Shown here: in pieces, positions 56,610 to 63,378 of the stretch
Position numbering within the stretch: position 1 is the stretch's first letter
How the letters are laid out: every line of letters begins with the position of its first letter
Origin: a bacterium
GTDB lineage: Bacteria > Patescibacteriota > Minisyncoccia > UBA6257 > 02-FULL-45-10c
Direction of reading: 5' to 3'
Assembly: GCA_030700025.1 (NCBI GenBank)
Contig: JAUYKI010000015.1
Span: 28,623 to 92,622 of the forward strand
Length of the DNA stretch: 64,000 bases
Notes under the pieces: model-generated
The model's database searches: none
What the model was told of the DNA's origin: nothing
The model's input: the letters and a program-made list of their open reading frames with translations, nothing else
Translations under genes and position numbers: made by a program

Positions 56610-57347
56610 TTAAACAGAAACTACTGCGCGAGCCCGCAAATCACCACTGGCGCTGCCCGGACCGTACCAGCCGACCCCGAGCCAGCGACCGATCGGACCC
56701 CAATCCACGCACGGCACGCTGCCATCAGGATAGCGCGAACCAGCGCAAAGTGTCCAATTCTTTTCATCCAGGTGTTTATTAGTTTCCAGGAAATACTTGA
56801 GTTCCAGGAGCAGACGCTCTTCCAGGGCGATGCCATTGATTTGCTCTTTGGCCAAGTCATTGGCTGACTTGTTCTTGAGCTCTTCGTCGGCTTCCTGGCG
56901 GTCTCTGACCCAGATGGCGTAGGTTTCGCCGGTGTTTCGGACCGAAGTGATGGAATTGAGATTGTTCGTGCAGGTCCAAACGCTCATGTGTTTCCTTAGG
57001 ACTTGGACAATCTGATTGAGGGTCAATCCCTTGGCAACGACAATCAACCAATCAATGCCCGGAACACGCTTTGGGGGCTGGATTTTTGAGATATCCAGCT
57101 CAATGCCAAATTCCTGGCGGTAGAGGGTTTGCCAGGCGCGAAGCATTGCTCGCACACTCTGGCCGGGTCGGGTCTGCTTTTCTTTGATGACAGAAGCTGT
57201 TGCTTCCGCGAAATTCGGATTCTCCTTAATTCGCTGAAGCGCCCCGGACACCTGATCCGGATCGCGCTTGCCATCCCGCACCAGCTCCAGCACCGTAGTC
57301 ACCAAATCCAGCAGCCGCGCTTTCTTTCGTTCGGTTCTTGCGAACAT
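56610..57347 (-). CDS. DGR target (variable) protein. The N-terminal region is uncharacterised. The C-terminal region ends in the VR and may be C-type-lectin/FGE-like.
   Basis: The C-terminus is ...NWTLCAGSRYPDGSVPCVDWGPIGRWLGVGWYGPGSASGDLRARAVVSV. The start was set at ATG 57347 (MFARTERKK), preceded by AAGGAG. The gene is markedly GC-richer than the neighbouring RT and Avd. Confidence 0.8.
   Translation of the reverse strand: MFARTERKKARLLDLVTTVLELVRDGKRDPDQVSGALQRIKENPNFAEATASVIKEKQTRPGQSVRAMLRAWQTLYRQEFGIELDISKIQPPKRVPGIDWLIVVAKGLTLNQIVQVLRKHMSVWTCTNNLNSITSVRNTGETYAIWVRDRQEADEELKNKSANDLAKEQINGIALEERLLLELKYFLETNKHLDEKNWTLCAGSRYPDGSVPCVDWGPIGRWLGVGWYGPGSASGDLRARAVVSV
56617..56744 (-). other. 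DGR variable repeat (VR) forming the last 43 codons of the target gene
   Basis: 104 of 128 positions are identical to the TR. All 24 mismatches are at TR adenines (A to G/T/C in the coding sense). It ends 5 nt before the stop. Confidence 0.85.
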
Positions 57348-57426
57348 TTTTGTTCTCCTTAGTTCTTTCACATCTGTCCAAATCCGGTTATCGCGGATTG
57401 GTATCTGATTTTGAAAGAACGTTCCT

Positions 57427-57455
57427 ATTATAATTCAATTTTTTATTCTTGTCAA
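57427..57455 (-). promoter_or_regulatory. Consensus sigma-70 promoter (TTGACA-17-TATAAT) on the minus strand, driving the DGR target gene
   Basis: The plus strand reads attata at 57427–57432 and tgtcaa at 57450–57455, with a 17-nt spacer. Confidence 0.55.
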
Positions 57456-57474
57456 GCAATAAATTGGGGGCTTT

Positions 57475-57628
57475 AAAACACAAAATCCTCTTGTTTCTGA
57501 TACCCGCGCAGCCGCTTTGCCCTGGTCCAATCGTTATGGGCGGAGCCACGATTGGCAAAGCGAGCGAGCACAAGAGAGTCCGCGGTGGCGGACGAACGGG
57601 TTGAGGGAATAAGAGGATTTTGTGTTTT
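57475..57628. repeat. GC-rich element of about 118 bp bounded by a perfect 18-bp inverted repeat (aaaacacaaaatcctctt / aagaggattttgtgtttt), lying between two divergent promoters
   Basis: Read directly. The interior has further stem-forming segments (gctttgcc/ggcaaagc, ccaatcg/cgattgg). Confidence 0.5.
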
Positions 57629-57649
57629 TTAAATTATTAAAAACTTTCT

Positions 57650-57678
57650 TTGACAAAAGTTAATTAAAAGCGTAAATT
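57650..57678 (+). promoter_or_regulatory. Consensus-like sigma-70 promoter (TTGACA-17-TAAATT) upstream of 57689..58186
   Basis: Read directly. The -10 hexamer ends 10 nt before the ATG. Confidence 0.5.
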
Positions 57679-57688
57679 ATAAGACATT

Positions 57689-58186
57689 ATGACCGAGCCA
57701 ATGCTTTTTAACAGCTCCTTCGGCCTGAAGCTGGATCCTTTTCAAATCGTTAAGGCGATTTCTGATTTTATCAACTCCGACCCTAAGCGGGAATATAAAA
57801 TTACCGTGGGCACCGATTCCCAAAAACGGCAGGACAACAAAGCGGATTTCGTTACCGCCATTGTCGTCCATCGGGTTGGCTATGGCGGACGCTATTTCTG
57901 GCGGCACATGGAAATCGCCAAATCTTACACGCTAAGGGACAGAATGTGGCAAGAAGTGCTTACTTCTTTGGACATCAGCAAAGAATTAGTGGTGCTTTTA
58001 AAAAATGCCGGACTGGAAAAATATAATTTTGAAATTCATGTGGATATCGGCGAAAAAGGCGAAACTAAATCTATGATTCAAGAACTGACCGGCATGATCC
58101 GCGCGCACAACTTTGAAGCCCGGACCAAGCCGGACAGCTATGCCGCCTCCAAAGTCGCCGACCGGCATGTTCATATTTATGACTAA
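57689..58186 (+). CDS. YkuK-like (DUF458) RNase-H-fold protein
   Basis: ITVGTDSQ...ADFVTAIVVHRVGYGGRYFW...EIHVDIGEKGETKSMIQELTGMI...AASKVADRH is colinear with Bacillus YkuK as recalled from memory. Confidence 0.6.
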   Translation: MTEPMLFNSSFGLKLDPFQIVKAISDFINSDPKREYKITVGTDSQKRQDNKADFVTAIVVHRVGYGGRYFWRHMEIAKSYTLRDRMWQEVLTSLDISKELVVLLKNAGLEKYNFEIHVDIGEKGETKSMIQELTGMIRAHNFEARTKPDSYAASKVADRHVHIYD

Positions 58187-58211
58187 TCGCTAACCACTAA
58201 TTACTAAATCA

Positions 58212-58778
58212 ATGGATAAATTAGTCTTAGACATAGAAACTAAAAATACTTTTGCCGAAGTCGGCGGGCAAGAAAACATCCACAAATTGGAGGTATCTTT
58301 TGTCGGCGTTTATTCTTACAACCAAAACCAATATTTTTCTTTTTTTGAAAATGAATTGGATAAGCTGGGCCCAATGCTCCAAAGCGCCGGCTTAATAATC
58401 GGATTCTGTTCTAACCGCTTTGACCTGCCGGTTTTAAAAAAACATTACAAATTTAATATCATGTCTCTGGAAAGCCTGGATATTTTGGAAGAAATTGAGG
58501 AAAGGCTCGGCCACCGGATCAGCCTAAACGAATTGGCCTACGCCAATTTGAGAACCCAAAAAACCGCCCACGGATTGGAAGCGATTAAATTTTATAAAGA
58601 AGGCCGGCTGGAAGAATTAAAAAAATATTGCCTGAACGACGTAAAAATCACCAAAGACCTTTATGACCTGGGAATGTCCCAGGGTCACTTAGTCGTTCCC
58701 CAAAGAACTACCGGCGAAATGCAAAAAGTGGAATTTGACTGGCATACCCGATTGCCTTCGGCGTCTACCCTATTTTAA
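58212..58778 (+). CDS. Predicted 3'-5' exonuclease (RNase-H-like / DEDD-type, YprB/PolB-exo-like)
   Basis: N-terminal LVLDIETKNTF (Exo I-like DxE), with later acidic motifs. Confidence 0.4.
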   Translation: MDKLVLDIETKNTFAEVGGQENIHKLEVSFVGVYSYNQNQYFSFFENELDKLGPMLQSAGLIIGFCSNRFDLPVLKKHYKFNIMSLESLDILEEIEERLGHRISLNELAYANLRTQKTAHGLEAIKFYKEGRLEELKKYCLNDVKITKDLYDLGMSQGHLVVPQRTTGEMQKVEFDWHTRLPSASTLF

Positions 58779-59796
58779 AACGCTTTATCCGTTTTAGCTC
58801 CTGATTCAGGAGTTTTTTATTTTTCGCTTCTATATTGATTCTTAAAAGCGGTTCGGTATTGGAAGCTCTAATATTAAACCAGTGGTCCGGAAACTCTGCC
58901 GTTAAGCCATCTAACTTAGAAATTTTCGCTTTTTGTTTTTTATAATATTGTTCTACTCTTTCCAAACTTTTAACTTTTAACTTTTCGCTTTTAACTTTAA
59001 GGTTGATTTCCCCGCTCCGGTAATACTTCGGCGATTTGTCCAGATATTCAGAAACTGGAATGTTTAATTTAGAAACAAAATTTATAATATGAATTGCCGC
59101 TAAAATACCCGAGTCCCAGACCGTGTCTGGTCCGCCTCTGGCGGAAAAATCTGGAAATCCAAAATAATAATGGCCGGAATGTTCCAGGCCCAGCGGAATC
59201 TTTTTCTCCCGCATCAGCTTTTTGAAAAAATAATGGCCGACGCGTGAAACGCTAACTTTTGACTTATAACCATTAACTATTAACTTTCTAATAAGTTGAC
59301 CGGAGATAACGCTGACGATATAAGATTTTGGCTTTAGCTCTTGCAGTAATAAATAACCGGTTTCGTCCGGACTGATTACTCTGCCCAAATTGTCTACCAA
59401 AAACATTCTGTCGCCGTCGGCGTCAAAAATCACGCCCAAGTCCGCGTGGTGTTTTAATACGGCTTTTTGTAGTTGGCTAATCGCTCCCGGCGCCAGCGGA
59501 TTCGGCCCATGCCCGGGAAAATGACCGTCGGGTTTATCGTTGATAAAAACAATTGACAATTGACAATTAACAATTAACTTCCGGAAAAGTTCTTTTAGAA
59601 CTTTTCCGGTTGTGCCGTTGGAACAATCAAAAACTATTTTTAACGGCTTGCCCTGAGCCTGCTTGCCCCGCTGTGGCGGTGGTCGAAGGAGTCTTAAAAA
59701 TCGTTTTAAATACTTAACGTATAAACCCGCGTAATCCATATGATTATTATACAGAAAATAAAAAACTCCGCGCATTACGGAGTTAGGCATAGCCAC
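58765..59796 (-). CDS. Phosphohexomutase (phosphomannomutase/phosphoglucomutase) C-terminal fragment, domains II–IV
   Basis: FDCSNGTTG, FDADGDR (Mg2+ loop), GLEHSGHYYF (sugar-binding loop) and RASNTEP (phosphate-binding loop). Its likely independent start is MDYAGLYVKYLK at about 59738, preceded by TATAAT. Contains three heptamer arrays. Confidence 0.7.
   Translation of the reverse strand: MAMPNSVMRGVFYFLYNNHMDYAGLYVKYLKRFLRLLRPPPQRGKQAQGKPLKIVFDCSNGTTGKVLKELFRKLIVNCQLSIVFINDKPDGHFPGHGPNPLAPGAISQLQKAVLKHHADLGVIFDADGDRMFLVDNLGRVISPDETGYLLLQELKPKSYIVSVISGQLIRKLIVNGYKSKVSVSRVGHYFFKKLMREKKIPLGLEHSGHYYFGFPDFSARGGPDTVWDSGILAAIHIINFVSKLNIPVSEYLDKSPKYYRSGEINLKVKSEKLKVKSLERVEQYYKKQKAKISKLDGLTAEFPDHWFNIRASNTEPLLRINIEAKNKKLLNQELKRIKRFKIG
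58965..58999. repeat. Heptanucleotide tandem array (AACTTTT)x3 plus 2 degenerate units in the phosphohexomutase coding sequence, encoding KVKSEKLKVKS
   Basis: Read directly; translation confirmed. Confidence 0.85.
59551..59578. repeat. Heptanucleotide tandem array (AATTGAC)x2(AATTAAC)x2 in the phosphohexomutase coding sequence, encoding VNCQLSIVF
   Basis: Read directly; translation confirmed. A further phased stretch lies at 59251–59292. Confidence 0.85.
59761..59784 (-). terminator. Hairpin (aactccg-TAATGCG-cggagtt) plus T-run on the minus strand, directly after the small ORF stop
   Basis: 7-bp stem followed by TTTTTTATTTT on the minus strand. Confidence 0.5.
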
Positions 59797-60019
59797 CGGC
59801 TTCTTCTTGCTGGATAGCGCTTAACACTTCTTCTAATTTCCCTTCCCGGATATGGTCAATCGGACGCTGATTGCCGATAAAAGCGTTGTGGCCGTGAAGC
59901 CAATTCAACGCGGTTTCCGGATTATACATATTTAAAAGCCGTTGGAAAATACTCAAAATTCGCAAAGACCTTAAAATCTCTTCTTCCGAGTCCCAGCTTA
60001 AAACTATCTTTTCTCCCAT
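59783..60019 (-). CDS. Small ORF of 78 aa resembling the C-terminal toxin-binding domain of DUF2384 (Xre/MbcA/ParS-type) antitoxins. It is inserted between the two phosphohexomutase fragments.
   Basis: YNPETALNWLHGHNAFIGNQRPIDHIREGKLEEVLSAIQQEEAGGYA fits the DUF2384 pattern A..WL...N.AL.G..PIDLL....G...V...L..IE.G.YA. It has its own GAGGGAGG RBS and a terminator hairpin. Confidence 0.5.
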   Translation of the reverse strand: MGEKIVLSWDSEEEILRSLRILSIFQRLLNMYNPETALNWLHGHNAFIGNQRPIDHIREGKLEEVLSAIQQEEAGGYA

Positions 60020-60089
60020 CTCTGCCTCCCTCGGGCGTCCCGCTTGGCGGGATTAGCTCTACAACTTTCAAGAACAAAATTATTTTAAA

Positions 60090-60476
60090 CTATTTTTTAA
60101 ATAAAAGCAAAATTTCCTTCCCACTAATCGGTTTGGCGTTTTTCCCAACCACCTTCAGCCCGTTAAAATTTTTCGGATTATGGGAAGCCGTAACCATAAT
60201 CCCTCCGCTCGCCTTCAGCTTATTCACCAAAAAATAAAACATGGGGGTTGTTGTCATTCTAACGTTCTTAAGAACGTTAGAATGTTGCAAGCCCTTTAAA
60301 ACCGCCTTATAAAGCGCCGGCGAACTCAAACGCGCGTCATGGGCAACAACTATCCTCTTTCCTAAAAGCTTAGGTAACTTTATCGCTATCGCGGAAACCA
60401 CCCTTTCATTTATCTCTCTCGGGTATTGCCCCCTGATATCATAGGCTTTAAAAATTTTCTCATTCATTACTTCCAT
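60090..60476 (-). CDS. Phosphohexomutase N-terminal fragment (domain I with the active-site serine loop)
   Basis: IFKAYDIRG..., GIMVTASHNP (TASHNP phosphoserine motif). It ends at a TAG about 70 nt upstream of the small ORF. Confidence 0.7.
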   Translation of the reverse strand: MEVMNEKIFKAYDIRGQYPREINERVVSAIAIKLPKLLGKRIVVAHDARLSSPALYKAVLKGLQHSNVLKNVRMTTTPMFYFLVNKLKASGGIMVTASHNPKNFNGLKVVGKNAKPISGKEILLLFKK

Positions 60477-60508
60477 TATATAATAGATATATCAAGAAAA
60501 GGTATTTC

Positions 60509-62668
60509 ATGGCCAAATTAATCAAAAAAATTAAAACTAAAACCGGGCTGGGAGAAAAGCTCCGCCGCCTGCGTTCCCAAATCCATCCGGAAACCGAACA
60601 AAGCGTTCTGGGAATTATTTTTATCGGCGTGGCAACAATTTTAATTCTGGCGAATTTCCATAAAGCCGGGCCGGCCGGAGAATTAACCTACAAAATCCTG
60701 TCCCAGCTTTTCGGACTGGGCTATTACCTCTTCCCAACCATCTTCTTAGTGATGGCGGGAACATTCTTGTCCGGCCAGGAAAAAAAGGAGCGCGCCATGA
60801 CAGTTACTTTTCTAAGCGCGGTTTTCTTTGTGGCGGCCGGACTGGGACTGATTGATATTATTTTCCCGGACAAAGGCGGAATGGTGGGGCGCTGGATCGG
60901 CACTCTGGAAATTCCGTTCGGCTATACCGCCGCTATTATTGTGGATGCCACAATTCTTTTGGCGGCCCTAATTCTGACTGCCAATGTTCCGCTGAAAATC
61001 CGGCGCTTGCTGAAAGAAGAAAAGAAGCCGGAAGCGCCGCTGGTGGTTAAAAATGCCGACAGCTTTACCGCGCCTGCCGCCGCTTCAAAAGCTGAAGAAT
61101 CAAAACAAGTTCCGGAAAAAGAAACAAATGCTGCTCCGACGCTCGCTGAAAGCGAGGCCGGAGGCCCGAATACCGCGTATGTCGGGCAAAATCCAAAGGC
61201 CTTTTTCGTACCGAGAAAAAAAGCTTCCGGCGCTTTGCCGATAAGCAAAAATTATACGCCTCCGCCAACCTCTTTACTGAAGTCCAGCATTGAAAAGCCG
61301 ACTTCGGGCGACTTGCGCGCCAACGCCAATATTATAAAAAGGACTTTGGAAAGTTTCGGCATTCCGGTAGAAATGGGCGAAATAACCATCGGCCCGAAAG
61401 TTACCCGCTATACTTTGAAGCCGGCGGAGGGAATTAAATTGACGCGCATTATTGCTTTAAACCAGGATTTATCTTTGGCGCTGGCCGCCCATCCCATCCG
61501 CATTGAAGCGCCGATTCCCGGAAAATCTTTAGTGGGAATTGAAGTGCCGAACAAATCCGCGGCCATTGTCCGCTTAGGCAGTTTGATGGCCTTTCCGGAA
61601 TTTACCGGTTCCGGTCCGCTGGGATTTATTTTAGGGCGCGATGTCAGCGGCGATCCGATTATCGCGGACATTGAGAAAATGCCGCATCTTTTAATCGCCG
61701 GTTCCACCGGCAGCGGAAAATCAGTCGCCATCCATTCTTTAATTATTTCTTTGCTGTATAAAAATTCTCCGGAAACTCTGCGGATGATTTTAATTGATCC
61801 AAAACGGGTAGAGCTGACAATTTATAATGATATTCCCCACTTGATTGCGCCGGTAATTACCGAGGGCAAAAAAGCTTTGGGAGTTTTCCGCTGGGCAATT
61901 GAAGAAATGGAAAAACGCTATGAAAAACTGCAGGGCGCCGGCGCCCGCGACATCCGCAGTTACAATAAAACCAATCCGAAAGATACCCTGCCTTACTTAG
62001 TGATTGTCGTGGATGAATTAGCCGACTTGATGGCGGCTTACGGCCGGGACATTGAAAGCTCCATCGTCCGCCTGGCGCAAATGGCCCGCGCCACCGGCAT
62101 TCACTTGGTGCTCTCCACCCAACGGCCATCCGTGGAAGTCATTACCGGCCTGATTAAAGCCAACATCACCGCCAGAATGGCGCTTCAAGTGGCAAGCCAG
62201 GTTGATTCCCGCACCATTTTAGACATGGCCGGAGCGGAAAAACTTTTAGGCGGAGGCGATATGCTTTTTACTTCATCGGATCTTTCCAAACCAAAACGCA
62301 TTCAGGGGGCTTATATCAGCGAAGAAGAAATGCACGCCGTGGCTGATTTTATCCGCGATCACAATCCCTCACTCTTGGAAGACCAAGAGCCAACGGCTCT
62401 TGAGAAATCTTTAAATCAGTCTTCCAAAAGTGAGGGATTAGATTTTGATAATTACGCCCAGGTCGATGACGACGAACTTTATGACGAAGCCGTGCAAATA
62501 GTCCGGGAGGCGCAAAAAGCTTCGGCTTCTTTATTGCAAAGGCGTCTGGCTGTCGGCTACGCGCGAGCCGCCCGCCTGCTGGATATAATGGAGGAGCGCG
62601 GAGTAGTCGGCCCGGGCGACGGCGCCAAGCCCCGGGAAGTTTATTTGGACCGCGGCGAACAAAATTAA
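60509..62668 (+). CDS. ftsK: DNA translocase FtsK
   Basis: N-terminal transmembrane helices and a linker, then the motor domain (GSTGSGKS Walker A, VVDELADLM Walker B). A C-terminal gamma (winged-helix) domain with LYDEAVQIVREAQKASASLLQRRLAVGYARAARLLDIMEERGVVGP. Confidence 0.9.
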   Translation: MAKLIKKIKTKTGLGEKLRRLRSQIHPETEQSVLGIIFIGVATILILANFHKAGPAGELTYKILSQLFGLGYYLFPTIFLVMAGTFLSGQEKKERAMTVTFLSAVFFVAAGLGLIDIIFPDKGGMVGRWIGTLEIPFGYTAAIIVDATILLAALILTANVPLKIRRLLKEEKKPEAPLVVKNADSFTAPAAASKAEESKQVPEKETNAAPTLAESEAGGPNTAYVGQNPKAFFVPRKKASGALPISKNYTPPPTSLLKSSIEKPTSGDLRANANIIKRTLESFGIPVEMGEITIGPKVTRYTLKPAEGIKLTRIIALNQDLSLALAAHPIRIEAPIPGKSLVGIEVPNKSAAIVRLGSLMAFPEFTGSGPLGFILGRDVSGDPIIADIEKMPHLLIAGSTGSGKSVAIHSLIISLLYKNSPETLRMILIDPKRVELTIYNDIPHLIAPVITEGKKALGVFRWAIEEMEKRYEKLQGAGARDIRSYNKTNPKDTLPYLVIVVDELADLMAAYGRDIESSIVRLAQMARATGIHLVLSTQRPSVEVITGLIKANITARMALQVASQVDSRTILDMAGAEKLLGGGDMLFTSSDLSKPKRIQGAYISEEEMHAVADFIRDHNPSLLEDQEPTALEKSLNQSSKSEGLDFDNYAQVDDDELYDEAVQIVREAQKASASLLQRRLAVGYARAARLLDIMEERGVVGPGDGAKPREVYLDRGEQN

Positions 62669-62671
62669 AAA

Positions 62672-62692
62672 CCGTCCCAGGGACGGTTTTTT
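62672..62692. terminator. Bidirectional hairpin terminator (accgtccc-AGG-gacggt + T-run)
   Basis: Read directly between convergent genes. Confidence 0.5.
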
Positions 62693-62701
62693 ACTTTTCA
62701 A

Positions 62702-63253
62702 TTAGTGCAGGCCGGTACCGCCTCTTACTTTAGCGCCGCCAGTTTCACAATAATCTTCAATAATAACGCAGGAGCTGTCAAAATCATCCAGATTTACTTC
62801 CGAACCGTATTGCTTAACTAATTTATTCAAAATATCTTTCGTCACCGCTCTTCCGTCGGCCAAAAGCCGGTCCAACACCTCAATTCGGCACAGCATTTCA
62901 TTCTTGTATCCGCTAAAATCCGGGTTGTCCAGGCGGTGGCGGTACTCCTCACGCTTGCGCGTTAATCTCTGTTTCCGCTCTTCGTCTTTGGGCAAAACAA
63001 TGACTGCCGGCCGAACGGAAAAGCCGTACTGCTTTTTTTCTTCCGGCGTTAACTGCCGGGTGGTGTGCTTCGGAAACCGGACGTACATAAATCCCATGCC
63101 CGATGACCAATTGCCAACCCAGTTTTCCCCATCCTCGCCAAATACCAAACACAAATCCGGATCCTTCCGGCTGATATCACCCATCTTATGCATCGCCCTG
63201 GTAGCCATCATGTTACGTTTCGATATGTGGCGGAAGTCCTCTAGTTCGGGCAT
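62702..63253 (-). CDS. Hypothetical protein
   Basis: Intact ORF. The start was set at MPELEDF, with GGAG 6 nt upstream. No recognisable domain. Confidence 0.35.
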   Translation of the reverse strand: MPELEDFRHISKRNMMATRAMHKMGDISRKDPDLCLVFGEDGENWVGNWSSGMGFMYVRFPKHTTRQLTPEEKKQYGFSVRPAVIVLPKDEERKQRLTRKREEYRHRLDNPDFSGYKNEMLCRIEVLDRLLADGRAVTKDILNKLVKQYGSEVNLDDFDSSCVIIEDYCETGGAKVRGGTGLH

Positions 63254-63378
63254 TGTGGCTCCTTTTTCAAAGAATCTCGCGTTTTTCCAACGCGCTAATA
63301 ATTTAAACCAATAAATGAAATATGTCAATCCATTGATTGTTGAAGTAAAATTTATTATCCTTAATTCATTATTCTCGT

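Noticed and set aside
56585-56615. tRNA-like T-arm motif 'gggttcaagtc' downstream of the target gene
   Set aside because: No acceptor stem, anticodon arm or CCA context could be built around it. It is probably a chance match next to the terminator hairpin.
56209-56744. A second, remote VR or a second target gene for the DGR
   Set aside because: No further copy of the TR core (for example ctgcgcgag.ccgcaaat.acca) was seen elsewhere in the window. Only one VR is supported here; others could lie outside the window.
57388-57573. ORF of 61 aa on the minus strand overlapping the target promoter and the IR-bounded element
   Set aside because: It spans a consensus promoter and the GC-rich repeat element, with no RBS. 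It is most likely spurious.
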